From Monocercomonoides exilis PA203 (lineage: Eukaryota; Protista; Preaxostyla), in assembly GCA_001643675.2 (NCBI GenBank), contig LSRY02000003.1, positions 2,170,001 to 2,234,000 on the forward strand: DNA of 64,000 nucleotides, written 5' to 3'. Numbering within the stretch: the stretch's first letter is position 1; every line of letters begins with the position of its first letter. Below the pieces are notes generated by a model. That model saw nothing but the letters and a program-made list of their open reading frames with translations. It was not told the DNA's origin and searched no databases. Positions 11,701 through 22,794 of the stretch are shown here, in pieces. Position numbers and translations under genes: made by a program.

Positions 11701-14339
11701 AAGAGAAACGTTCTTCACGATGGGACAAACAACAACCAAATTCTACAAACGACAAAAATGAACTAAACGATAGTAACAATCCAAGTGATCTAAAACCAAT
11801 TCTCCACAATATTCCTCAGAATCCCACGGACTGGTGCAGATTTTATAGCATTGAGCAGCAGCGCCTTTTCGAGGCTCTTCGTTTGAAAGCGCAGTTCGTA
11901 CAAATTCTTGGAGAGTGTGGAATGATTGATGCTTCTCCTTATCTTTCTCATCAGCCACAAAGCACATCTGTAGAGGAAGCTGGATTAAGCATTTTTCAAG
12001 CAGAAATGCGTACTAAAGAGGAGAATCCTCTTCAGTCAATAAGACAAAAGCTGCAAGAGATGCGAAACAAAGAATTTTTGAAGTCTCATTGGAGCCAGTT
12101 CGATACAAAAGTGAAGCGAACGTTGTATGAAAAGGAAAAAGAAAATGAAGAATCAAATCAAAGCTCCGAGCTGTCTTCATCTGAAACCAATCACAAGCAT
12201 CATCTTAACAAAACAATTCATTCACGAAATCGAAAAAGAACACTGGAAAGCGAAGAAGAACTCACATCTTTTGATATCTCAATCGATGTGAATAAAGTAC
12301 ATCCATTTTCGCTTTCTTCTCTGTCATCTTCTGAGCAATCGTTGCTGTTATTTGTGCTTTCTCTTGCACTATATCCTCAACTTGCTTTCCCCGATCCTGC
12401 CAATCAAATACGACATCCACATGAGTGGATATTCCATGCTGTTTCTGGTGTAACAGTGATTGATAAGCAACTGATGCTAATTCGGAAATGTGTAACTGAC
12501 ATCGACTCCGAACTGGAAAGGATGAAAAACGAAGAAATGAAATCAGAAGAATGCAATGAAATGATTTCTCTATCTTCCTCAGATTCATCGGCTTCATCTG
12601 ATTCTTCTGCTTCTGAACAAGCAAGTACCTCATCTTCCGCAGCATCCGTTAGTCCATATGGAGCTGTTGCTGCTGGTTCGGTTGTCGCTTTTATTCATCC
12701 ATCTAGCTCTATCCTTTCTCAAGCAGCTCAATCAGGGATTGTTTCAAATGGAATCAAAAAAGTGCAGATATTTTCTTCTTCCTCCTCCTCTTCATCTTCA
12801 ATTTGTACAAGCAGAACATCGGAAATGAGTTCTTTTCCTCAAAATGCAACTGATTCTTCACCTTCGTATCCATCTGCTTTCACTATTTTTTCACAATCAA
12901 CATTTGCATTCAGCAAGCTTCTAAAGACAAGCAAGGCATTTTTGATTAATCCTTTCAAGGTTCTTGCTCCGCAAACACTGTTATGTGGAGCTCATTGTAT
13001 TGATACTGATGAAACAGGGGAGTGGCTTCTGGTGGATGACGCTATTCAGCTGCATTTTGATAACGCAGATGATTTGCTTTCGATGCTCCTTTCAACCATC
13101 TACATCAGATGGAGCATCGAAGCTGCGTTGGCAGACTCGTGTGGCAAAAAGGAGGATGAAAAAAAAAAGCAAGCTTCTCAATCGTCTTCATTTGATTCTT
13201 TCTCTTCACCTCTTTCTTTAATGTCAGAAGACGAATCTGTTGAGCTACCTGAATTTCTTCCTTTGCAGACGGATGAGCCTTCTTCTCAGCAAAAGCCTTT
13301 TGAATCATTAGATCGATCACGGTCAGTTGGAAGTCCGCTTCCATTGGAGCTTGCAGCAGATTCTACTCTTCCACAAATTCTCAGAACATTGGTGGAGCGA
13401 TATAACTCCACTTTCGATTCAGAACAAGCTCTTTCCAGTTATGACTTGAATGAAGGCTTGGAGTTTCCTTCAGATACTTCTTCAAGTCACTCTATCAATC
13501 TTTCTGAACAATATGCCCTCAATGCAAAAAGTTCAATTCAGCACAAGAACGCTTCAAAGCAATCAGAAAAATTTGTTACAGAAATGTTGCGCTTTGTCCA
13601 TAGGAACCCAAAATGTACCGTTAGAGTGCTTCCTGACTGGGAAGTGGCAGCACATTTTGGATGGACTCCGGATGTGTTTGGAGATGTGGCAGCAAACAGC
13701 TGCAGTTTGTCAGATTCAGATTCTGAAGAAAGTCAAACAGGCTATGAAGATGAAAGCATCAGAGGAGTGGGAAATAAAGATCCTAGGAGAAGTACAATAA
13801 AGCATGAAAGAGCATCGTCCAGAAAACGGATGCTTGCGAGGCAAAAAAGAAAATTGATCAACAGATCGAGCAACTTAAGGAAGAAAGGTATTCAAATTAC
13901 TTCATATCTAAGATGGGGATCGATACAGCAACTTCATTCATCCCTTGAAAGTGGAGCGCCGGCACGGAAAGTCCGAGTGTTTTCATCTCAGAACCACAAA
14001 GAGAGTATCAAAACGCAAAAGAAAAATGATGCAAAAAATATCACCTCAAAGACTGAAGATTTGATGAATACTTCATCTGCAATTCGAAAACTAATATTCT
14101 ACAAATGGAAGTGCCCGCAGTGCAGTGAAACTTTTCGTTTTAATCAAGAACAGATTGATGATCATCTTCTCAAACACGATCAAATCTCAAATTCTTCAAG
14201 TGAATCTGGAAATGATGAAAATCATAGTTGCAAGCCAATGTCAAAGGGAAAGTTTTGGAAGTGTTCCCAATGCGATTTTTCTGGAAATATTTCTTCTATT
14301 GAGATACTACGTCACAAAAAAATGCACAATTTGGATTGA
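8711..14339 (+). CDS. DHX34: DEAH-box RNA helicase DHX34-like, two exons (intron about 9866/9873-10053/10055)
   Basis: ORF 8711-9895 has GDTGCGKSTQVPQY, TQPRRI, DEVHER and MSAT. ORF 9927-14339 has LHSSL, STNIAETSVTIDG and QRKGRAGRTGPG. The C-terminal C2H2-like motifs (CPQC..H...H; CSQC..EILRHKKMH) are typical of DHX34. An AT-rich GT..AG intron with compatible phase joins the two ORFs. Confidence 0.85.
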
Positions 14340-14484
14340 TGAAATTTTCAAATCAAATAATAAATCAAATTCTTGATCAAATCCATTTTTTGATATAAAA
14401 TAATCAAAAGTTTATTATTTCACATCTTCCTTGTTTCAAAATGTTTATCATTCATTTTCTTTTATAGTCGTGATTTATTATTAG

Positions 14485-14770
14485 ATGGAACAACAAGTTC
14501 GAAGAGTTTCTGGTCCGTTAAGCAAATTTGCAAGAGATTCAGTTCGTTTTTGGAATCGTTGCACAAAACCAGATGCTAAAGGTTATATATATATAATATG
14601 TTTATAAATATATATATATCAATTTATATAATTGTTTTTGGTTTTCAATAGAATTCTCCAAAATTGCATTGGCAACAGGAGCCGGTTTCCTTGTTCTTGG
14701 ATTTGTTGGATTCTTCGTTCGTCTCATTTTCATTCCTATCAATCACGTTCTTGTTGGAAACAAATTATAA
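14485..14770 (+). CDS. SEC61G: Protein translocon subunit Sec61 gamma (SSS1/SecE), 71 aa; exons 14485-14581 and 14652-14770
   Basis: Manual splicing over a 70-nt GT..AG intron (14582-14651) gives [71 protein letters not shown], which has the CTKPD.KEF and GF.GFFV.LI.IPIN signatures. Not in the ORF track. Confidence 0.95.
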
Positions 14771-15101
14771 ATATTGAACTAATTTTGACATGTCATTCAA
14801 TTTGCGTTTCATATTAATTGGAATTAAAAACTATGAGCTTTTATAATGATTTGTTTATATCTTAACTTGAAAGGGCTTGAGGAATTTTCTCAAATTTCAC
14901 ATAAACAAGTTATTATTGATACACAATTATTGATTTAAGTTTGAAAAAATATATGATAAACAAAGCATTTTTCGAGGGAGCGGAGGAGTATGGCCAAAAG
15001 GCTCAAACACCTCAAAACACATCGACCTCACAAAAAATGCTTATTCACAAAAAGTGCACAAAAAATAAATTAACACATGAATAAGACAAAACTCAACAAA
15101 T

Positions 15102-16502
15102 TTAATATCTGTACTCTTCCTTCTTGTATGGCCCTTCAATTTTGACGCCAATGTATTCTGCTTGGGCAGGTGTAAGAACTGTTAATTTTGCGCCCAATTT
15201 TGGAAGATGAAGGCGTGCTACTTCTTCGTCAAGAATCTTTGGAAGTGTGTAGACATCAACAGCTTTGAATTCACCACGGGCAATTCCAATTTGAGCAAGT
15301 GTCTGATTTGTGAAGGAGTTGGACATCACAAACGATGGGTGGCCATTGGCGCATCCCAAATTCATCAAACGACCTTCTGCAAGGAGAATGATTGAATGTC
15401 CATCAGGGAATGTGAATTTGTCAACCTGAGGCTTGATGGTTTCTCTCTTGACACCTGGCCATGCAATAAGCTTTCCAACTTCAATTTCGTTATCAAAATG
15501 ACCAATGTTTCCAACGATGGCCATATGCTTCATTTTAGACATATGTTCAGCTGTGATGATATCTCTGTTTCCAGTGCAGGTCACATACACTTCTGCAATT
15601 GGCAAGGCATCTTCAACTGTCATCACTTGGTATCCACTCATGCATGCTTGCAATGCGCAAATTGGATCAATTTCTGTAACAATAACGCGTGCACCTTGTC
15701 CACGCAATGACTCTGCGCAACCCTTTCCGACATCACCATATCCACACACACATGCAACTTTTCCTGCGAGCATCACATCAGTAGCACGTAAGATTCCATC
15801 AACACATGAGTGACGGCATCCGTAAACGTTGTCGAATTTTGATTTTGTAACAGAATCATTCACATTGACGCATGGGATCAACAATGATTTTGAAGCTTTC
15901 ATGGCATATAATCTGTTAACACCTGTTGTTGTTTCTTCACTGATACCGCGAACTTCGGGAACAACTTTATGGAACCATCCTTTTCCGTTTTTGTCCCAAA
16001 CCATTCTGATAGCTTTGAACAGGCATTCTTCTTCTTCGTTTTCTGGTTTTGAAAGTGTTGATTCATCATCTTCGGCTCTGTATCCTTTGTGGAGGAAAAG
16101 GGTCATGTCACCACCATCATCGACAATTTGCTGTGGTCCAAGACCTCCTGGGAACATTGCAGCACTTGCGGTGTATTGCCAGTATTCTTCCAGAGATTCG
16201 CCTTTACGTGCAAATACATTCACACCTTTTGATGCAACATATGCTGCTGCTGCATCGGTTGTGGAGAAGATATTGCATGAGCACCAACGGACAGTTGCTC
16301 CAAGTGCTTTAAGTGTATCGATCAAAACAGCTGTTTGAACTGTCATGTGAAGACTTCCACTCAATCTAACGCCTTTCAATGGTTGATCCTTGGCATATTT
16401 CTCACGTGTTTGCATAAGTCCTGGCATTTCATGTTCTGCAATTGTAACAATGCGCTGTCCAAGATCTGCAAGTCCGATATCAGCAACAACAAAATCACTC
16501 AT
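15102..16502 (-). CDS. ahcY: S-adenosyl-L-homocysteine hydrolase (long form with catalytic-domain insert)
   Basis: [79 protein letters not shown] and the C-terminal GPYK..YRY. Confidence 0.98.
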   Translation of the reverse strand: MSDFVVADIGLADLGQRIVTIAEHEMPGLMQTREKYAKDQPLKGVRLSGSLHMTVQTAVLIDTLKALGATVRWCSCNIFSTTDAAAAYVASKGVNVFARKGESLEEYWQYTASAAMFPGGLGPQQIVDDGGDMTLFLHKGYRAEDDESTLSKPENEEEECLFKAIRMVWDKNGKGWFHKVVPEVRGISEETTTGVNRLYAMKASKSLLIPCVNVNDSVTKSKFDNVYGCRHSCVDGILRATDVMLAGKVACVCGYGDVGKGCAESLRGQGARVIVTEIDPICALQACMSGYQVMTVEDALPIAEVYVTCTGNRDIITAEHMSKMKHMAIVGNIGHFDNEIEVGKLIAWPGVKRETIKPQVDKFTFPDGHSIILLAEGRLMNLGCANGHPSFVMSNSFTNQTLAQIGIARGEFKAVDVYTLPKILDEEVARLHLPKLGAKLTVLTPAQAEYIGVKIEGPYKKEEYRY

Positions 16503-16689
16503 TTTTATTTTTGATCTGATATATAATTAAACAAACAATTACCATTAATTAGAATATTGAAATAATCCAAATTTTTAATAATAATGTTGAAAGAGAAGTT
16601 TTCTTTTTCTTTTGAATTATTTTGAGTGGGCTTAGCACATACAGAAAATATTAGAATTCTTGAATTGTCCAAATGCAAAAATTTACTTA

Positions 16690-17072
16690 TACAGATATCG
16701 CATAAAATACCGGACAAGATCGATATCTCAATAACCGCTAGAAGAAAAATTCTGACAATTTTCCTCAAAATATATCTCATTGATACAAACTCAATTGATA
16801 TACTGGTCTTTCCAAACAGCTTCATTCATGCTCAGAAAAAAATGATTATTAAAAACTCGGAGAAACTTAAAATCCTATTTCTCCGGGATATAAATCATTA
16901 ATTTTTTCTGAGCACAAATGAAGTTGCTTTAAAAGTTTTGTATATCAAATTCGTTTGTATTGATGAGATATATTTTGAGGAAAATAGTCAGAATTATTCC
17001 ACTTGTGGTTATTGAGAAATCGATCTTGTCCGGTATTTTGTGCGATGTCCGGTATTTTATGCGATATCTGTA
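16690..17072. mobile_element. Foldback/MITE-like element 1 (Tc1/mariner-like TA-CAG termini)
   Basis: TA|CAGATATCGCATAAAATACCGGACA ... TGTCCGGTATTTTATGCGATATCTG|TA, with imperfect inverted symmetry along nearly the whole length. No transposase ORF. Confidence 0.8.
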
Positions 17073-17082
17073 TTCAAATATT

Positions 17083-17444
17083 TAGTGAGTCACAAATCCG
17101 GGACATATTACAAATCCGGGAAAGTGCATAAATTTCATGTTTGATAAAACTTTTCGCTCATCCATTTGTTTCAAATTACATAAATGAATCATTTGAAGTT
17201 AAAAGAATTGCTTTTTTTATATTACACTGTTCGAAAAAACCCTTTATCTTCAGATTTCGTGTTTCAAAAAAATCTGAAGATAAAGGGTTTTTTCGAACAG
17301 TGTAATATAAAAAAAGCAATTCTTTTAACTTCAAATGATTCATTTATGTAATTTGAAACAAATGGATGAGCGAAAAGTTTTATCAAACATGAAATTTATG
17401 CACTTTCCCGGATTTGTAATATGTCCCGGATTTGTGACTCCCTA
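17083..17444. mobile_element. Foldback/MITE-like element 2: perfect 171-bp inverted repeat with a 12-nt loop
   Basis: 17087-17257 is the exact reverse complement of 17270-17440. TA dinucleotides lie just outside both ends, and ACAAATCCGGGA is repeated twice subterminally. Confidence 0.85.
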
Positions 17445-17986
17445 TTCTGATATTGATAATCATCACTCTTTCAATTAACAAATGTTCATTTAGCTTTCAA
17501 AATAACGAACAATAAAATTGAATATTTGAAGGGCAATAAGTTGTTTTATAAAAAATTTTTTCATGTTCTTTAGTGACAAATCAGATATTTTTTACAGATT
17601 CTTGAATAAGACCGTATATTTTTTCTTTGTAATTGTTTGAATTGTTTTTAATTTCCTCGACTTACATGTTTTCTGATTTTTGCTCTCTGATGAATTCAGA
17701 AATTTAAAAGATATTAATTCTTTCGAAGCTAATTTCCATAACGATATGTGTGATTATTATCGAAATTAGATTTTGACTATCAAAAATTTCGAGAAGAATG
17801 ATTGTTATGAATAATCTAAAATTAATCCAAAAAAGTGATGGATTCATTTTATGACGCATCTTCAATTTGTTTCAGTCATTATAGGGCTTTTGAAATGATT
17901 GATAAACAATTCACATTTGAATAAAAATTATAAATCCAACGACAATGAATTTTCATTATTACAAACACTCCGATAAATGTTATGTT

Positions 17987-18242
17987 TTCAAAAATAATCA
18001 CCAATATCAAGCTGATTTAAAGTCAGAATATTTTGAACTCCAAATGTGTGAGAATGATTTTTGAAAAAATTTTTTTAACCATTCAATCGTGTTTGTTCAT
18101 GCTTTGTTTGCTGGATCCGCGAAATTCATTTTGCATCATGCAGCGATATGTTCGTATCCAAACGATTTTTTAACATTCGCACATCTTCCACTCATCGCTC
18201 ATGATTGTGGTTTCAGACTTCATATGGGTGATTATTTTTGAA
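17987..18242. repeat. Degenerate inverted-repeat element
   Basis: TTCAAAAATAATCACCAATAT ... ATATGGGTGATTATTTTTGAA. A related motif recurs near 34270, 44045, 53045 and 53662. Confidence 0.5.
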
Positions 18243-18432
18243 GTCATTTCCTTTTTCGAGGTGCTGATTTTAAAAAGATCTTTGGAAAGGGTGGACTCAA
18301 TCGAAACATTTATATGCATCCATTTTTGTGTCTTTTAATTTTTAACTAAAAAACAATTAAATTATTGATTAAAATGAGTATTTATTCGTTGTTATTCATT
18401 AAATGAAACAATGAAAAAAAATTCAATTTAAT

Positions 18433-18680
18433 ATATGTGTAATTCTTTTTGAAAAGCTGCAAATGTTTAATTCACTTTAATATCAAAATTTTCATATTTT
18501 GCTCAAATTTTTATTAACATTCACGAAACTTTCCTTGAATGCATGAAATAGCATTATCCAGAAATATATTCCATATTAGTGTAATTTGGTGTTCGCTGAC
18601 AAAATTTTCATAAAAATATGAAAATTTTGAATTAAAAGAAAATTAAACACTTGCAACTTTTCAAAAAGAATTACGCATAT
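18433..18680. mobile_element. Degenerate MITE-like element with ~68-bp terminal inverted repeats
   Basis: ATATGTGTAATTCTTTTTGAAAAGCTGCAA... mirrors ...TTGCAACTTTTCAAAAAGAATTACGCATAT. Confidence 0.65.
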
Positions 18681-18683
18681 GTC

Positions 18684-18922
18684 CAAATTTTTTTGTTAAG
18701 TTCCTTTTGGATAATTTTCAAAGAAAATTAAAAATTTCATATTTCAATCAAATTGATGTTCCCACTCACCAAATTTTGCTGTTATAAAAACAAAATCTTG
18801 ACAATGTAATTATTTCCATTTCAGAGAAATTTGGTAAGTGGGAACAGAAATTAGATCGAAATAAGATATTTTTATTCTTTAAAAAATTTAACAAAAGGAA
18901 GTTTTCAAAAAAAAAAAATTTG
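18684..18922. mobile_element. Degenerate MITE-like foldback element (second copy at ~44521-44753)
   Basis: TGTTCCCACTCACCAAATTT mirrors AAATTTGGTAAGTGGGAACA, and TTCCTTTTG mirrors CAAAAGGAA. Confidence 0.65.
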
Positions 18923-19084
18923 TTATCAAAAACATAAATGTTGAAAATTTTTCAATACCAAACATTTTTTGTTAGAATCAAAAAATTTATATTTCGCTGA
19001 AAATATGATAAATCAATCTCAGATTTCAAAATAAATTGGATTGTCAAATTTAAAAATATGTATTGTTGATTACACAACAAAACG

Positions 19085-19565
19085 GGCAAAGGGCTACTTT
19101 TAGGGTACCTAAAAAATTTAACATAACCTTTATGAAAAGGCTAAATGTTTTCGAGTGAACTTTCATCAACACTCTTTGGTGTTGACAATATGTTTTATTA
19201 ATCATTAAACTTTTTTAGGGTTTTCGTTCTCAAAAACAACTGACCCCTAATTGAAATTTTGAATAACTTTTTTGTGAAATTAATTAAATAACAATAAAAA
19301 GACATTTTTAGGTTTTAAATTGCGAATATTATAGCTATTTCCAATTGTTTGGGTTAAAAATAACTCAATTTACGTATTTAAATGAAGTTTGAAAAAAGTC
19401 TCGTAAAACTCAAGATTATAATAAAAAAACATTCAATCATTTTCAGTTTTGATCAATTGGTTATTACAAACTTAATATATTTGAAATATCTCCACATTGC
19501 ATTTTTTGGCTATTTATTCATGGATTTAACGAAAAAATCGGGTACCCTTAAAGAAGCATCTTGCC
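19085..19565. repeat. Possible old TIR element
   Basis: GGCAAAGGGCTACTTTTAGGGTACC ... GGTACCCTTAAAGAAGCATCTTGCC form imperfect inverted termini. Confidence 0.45.
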
Positions 19566-20251
19566 ACAAAACGTTTTGTGACCTCACTTGTTTCACATTT
19601 GAAATTATATTTTGTTTGGATTTTGTGATCAGAATACACAAATATAAAGTTCATTTATTTTCAATAAAAATGCTTGCAGTTTCATATTTTCTCCTCTAAT
19701 TATAATTTTTCGATTTCAACTATTCTGTCTTTGAAATGAGTTTTTTTTGTCAAAAATGAAAAAATTAATTTGAATAATTTTTGATAATTTTATTATTTTT
19801 ATTATTTTTTTATTTATATTTGCAATATTTATTTTTGTTTTATTTAAAGATGTTAATGCTCTTCTCATAATAATTTTCTTATTCATTTATTATTAACATA
19901 TGTTAAATTTATAGAAAATATTTTTTAGAATTGCTTGCAAATAATTTAATAAAAACTTTTATGGAAAATATATTTTTCAAATTTCCATTAAACAAAATAT
20001 ATGGATTGTAAATGGATTGATTCAAAAAGCAAATTCAATTTTTGTAAATCATATTGAGTACACGTGAGAGAAACGAATGCGAACAAGACATAAATTGATA
20101 TCCACATGCACAAAAGCAAACAATTTTACAATATTATCAACGATTCATAAGATTTCCTCTTCGATTTTCCCTTCACATTGCATTTCTCCCCTCTCCACCA
20201 ATTAAGCCTTCATTCATATTCATTCCAATCAAATTGCATCACAGTTTGAAA

Positions 20252-22420
20252 ATGATTAGGATCACAGTATTAGCTCAAATACTCGCTGCATTCCTCACCA
20301 TAAATCTCGTTCATGGAGAAGACATCGCAAACAGCATCATCAGAGGCGCTCGCCCAGACAAGGTGGAACATGCATCGGGAAATCACATCTGTGGTGCTCA
20401 GACAAGCCTCGCCCTCATCAACACCTCCTTGTGTGTGACCCATCTCAACCTCATCCCTCTCAGTGGCTGTCCACTCCTCACTGCCCAACACCACTCCGCT
20501 GCATCCATCTCCTCCTCCACTTGCACCATCCACCCGCCTTCACTCAACAACCACCACCACCACCACCACCAATGCCCCCTCTTCCTCTCTGCCCATGCCT
20601 CCCTCGCCCTCACAAACTTCTCCCTCACCACCCGCCAACCTGCCATCTTCTCCTTCCCCCTCTTCTCCACCCCAAACAATCTCCTCCCAGATGCCCACTC
20701 CCCAATCCCTGCCTCCTTCTCCATCTCCCACTCCTCTTTCTCCTCTTTCGTCTCCCTCACCCAGCCTTTCCTTTTTTCTCCTTCTTCCCTCTCTTCCCCT
20801 TCCCCTTCTCCATCCCCTTCTCCATCCCTTTCACCTTCATCTTTCTCATCCTCATCCTCATCCTCTTCTTTTTCCTCCCCTTCCCCTTCCCTTTCCCCTT
20901 CCATTTCCTCTTCCCCTTCCCCTTTCCATATCTATCACCAATCCCATCCCCACCTCCAAATCCATCTCAATCTCCATCTCTCAAACACCCTCTTCTCCAA
21001 CATCTCCTCTCCCCAATCCCCTCGATCTCTTCCATCCCTTCCCTCCCACTCACTCCATCCTTTCCTCTCAACCACTTCTTCCTCTTCTTCCACTTCTACC
21101 TCCACCAACATCAATTCAATCCCCTCCTTCTCTCTTCATTCATCCCTCTCCATCCACTCAACCATCTTCCTCCACACCCACAACCCCATCGATGGTGCCA
21201 TTCTCCCCAACCTCAACAGCCCTGCCACTTCTCTCTCTGCCTTCAACACTTCTTTCCTCCACCAAACTCGATCTTTACCAAATGATCCTGTTGTACATGT
21301 TGTAAATGAAACTCAAAGAGTGAAACCTGGAAGGTTGACTTCATTCGATGAGAACAGCCATAAATTTGAATGGTGCGAATGGAACGATTCAAATGGTGGT
21401 AGTGACCATGGAGGTGCACTTAAAATTATTTGCACAAATGCAAATCTCTCAATCGCTTCTTGTTCATTCAATAATTGTTCAACCACAGGCAATACTGCAG
21501 GTGGAGCCTTATTCTGTCAAAATTTGTTGAAAATTTCTCTCACAAAATCCAATTTCACAAGTTGTTCAGCTGCTCATGGAGGAGCAGTCACCTCATGGTA
21601 TCCGCAATCAAATTCTGCTTGGACATTCCAAGATAACAGAGTGGAAAGCTGTTCAATAACTGATTGGTGTGGAACTGGTTGGTATTTTGGAATCTATAGC
21701 ACGCCTTCAGATGCTCAATTCCTGTTCGCCAAATGCAAGTGCATATCAAATTCTGGTAACGATTCTGCTGGTTCTCTCACATTTAATCGTCCTCCACAAA
21801 ATAAACCAAGTCAGTTTTCAATTAATGAGTGTCAGTACATAAATAATAAGTTAACTTCTTCTTCCTCATTTGGAGGAGCTGCCATTTATTTTCATTTAAC
21901 TTTTAATTGGATGAATGGAATGAAATTCATCACTTTCTGTTTCTTCGATGGAAATATAGCTGCAAATGGAAGAGGAAATGATGTATTTTTCAGTGGCAAT
22001 TCCATAACACAATCTCCGTTTGAAAATTGTGGCTCAACAACCCAAGCAAAAAGAGTGTGGAATAACAATACAGCTGATAGCAATGTGAACGATGGCTGGC
22101 TCTGGCTTTTCTTTTCATATTCTTCAATGGAATTTCTTTCTTTCTTCTATCTCTTATTTTTTCTTTATCATCACCTCTCATCGCATTCCTTCTTTAATCA
22201 TTTATTCCAAACTTTTGATTTCAACTGCATTTTGTCATTTTTCCCTGTTTGTTATTTCGCTTCTCTAGCATTTTTGTCTGTTTATCCAAAAACATTTCTT
22301 TGTTTAGGCAGTTCTTTTTTCTTTTCTCAAGCTCAACTTCCAACTCAAATATCAAATCCAAATATATTCTTCCTTTCTTCCAAAGATATCTTCAATCCTC
22401 TCAATTTCATTTCCATTTAG
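20252..22420 (+). CDS. Beta-helix (Pmp-like GGA/FxxC) surface protein copy A: signal peptide, Ser/Pro/His leader and variable module
   Basis: Hydrophobic N-terminus MIRITVLAQILAAFLTINLVHG. Repeats of SFxxC..GGA[LVI], plus FCFFDGNxAxNGRGNDVFF. Family homology ends near 22100 and the ORF reads on into a T-rich trailer. Confidence 0.75.
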   Translation: MIRITVLAQILAAFLTINLVHGEDIANSIIRGARPDKVEHASGNHICGAQTSLALINTSLCVTHLNLIPLSGCPLLTAQHHSAASISSSTCTIHPPSLNNHHHHHHQCPLFLSAHASLALTNFSLTTRQPAIFSFPLFSTPNNLLPDAHSPIPASFSISHSSFSSFVSLTQPFLFSPSSLSSPSPSPSPSPSLSPSSFSSSSSSSSFSSPSPSLSPSISSSPSPFHIYHQSHPHLQIHLNLHLSNTLFSNISSPQSPRSLPSLPSHSLHPFLSTTSSSSSTSTSTNINSIPSFSLHSSLSIHSTIFLHTHNPIDGAILPNLNSPATSLSAFNTSFLHQTRSLPNDPVVHVVNETQRVKPGRLTSFDENSHKFEWCEWNDSNGGSDHGGALKIICTNANLSIASCSFNNCSTTGNTAGGALFCQNLLKISLTKSNFTSCSAAHGGAVTSWYPQSNSAWTFQDNRVESCSITDWCGTGWYFGIYSTPSDAQFLFAKCKCISNSGNDSAGSLTFNRPPQNKPSQFSINECQYINNKLTSSSSFGGAAIYFHLTFNWMNGMKFITFCFFDGNIAANGRGNDVFFSGNSITQSPFENCGSTTQAKRVWNNNTADSNVNDGWLWLFFSYSSMEFLSFFYLLFFLYHHLSSHSFFNHLFQTFDFNCILSFFPVCYFASLAFLSVYPKTFLCLGSSFFFSQAQLPTQISNPNIFFLSSKDIFNPLNFISI

Positions 22421-22794
22421 CATGCACCCTAAATCAAGTATTTCTTTTCCTATCCTCTTCCAATTTTCATTTGAAATTTTTTCCTTCATCAATGTATTTA
22501 TTTGTTTCCATTTCTTTTTTCTCTTTATTTCTAATGCTGACACAATTGATGGAGAATTCAAAATGGATGAAGTGGATTTTGAGGAAACTGTTGTGCGACA
22601 TGTTGCTGGAGTTTTGGAAGAAGACGAAGATGATGAAGAAGAAGATGATGAATAAATAGAACAAGTTGATTGATAGTTGAGATTTGCGGATACAAATGTT
22701 AACTATAAAAAAAACAGGGAGTTTCTCTGAAATCATTTTTTCTGGTTTTTCAACTTTGTTTCCGTGCTCTTCTGACAAGCAGAATCCTCCAATT

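Noticed and set aside
17087-17440. CRISPR array or structural RNA gene
   Set aside because: It is a single long inverted repeat with no repeat-spacer periodicity and no tRNA or rRNA motifs.
20270-21305. Overlapping alternative-frame and antisense ORFs over the A leader (likewise over D, H, SWR1 and CFAP221)
   Set aside because: These are shadows of low-complexity, stop-poor sequence with no independent protein motifs.
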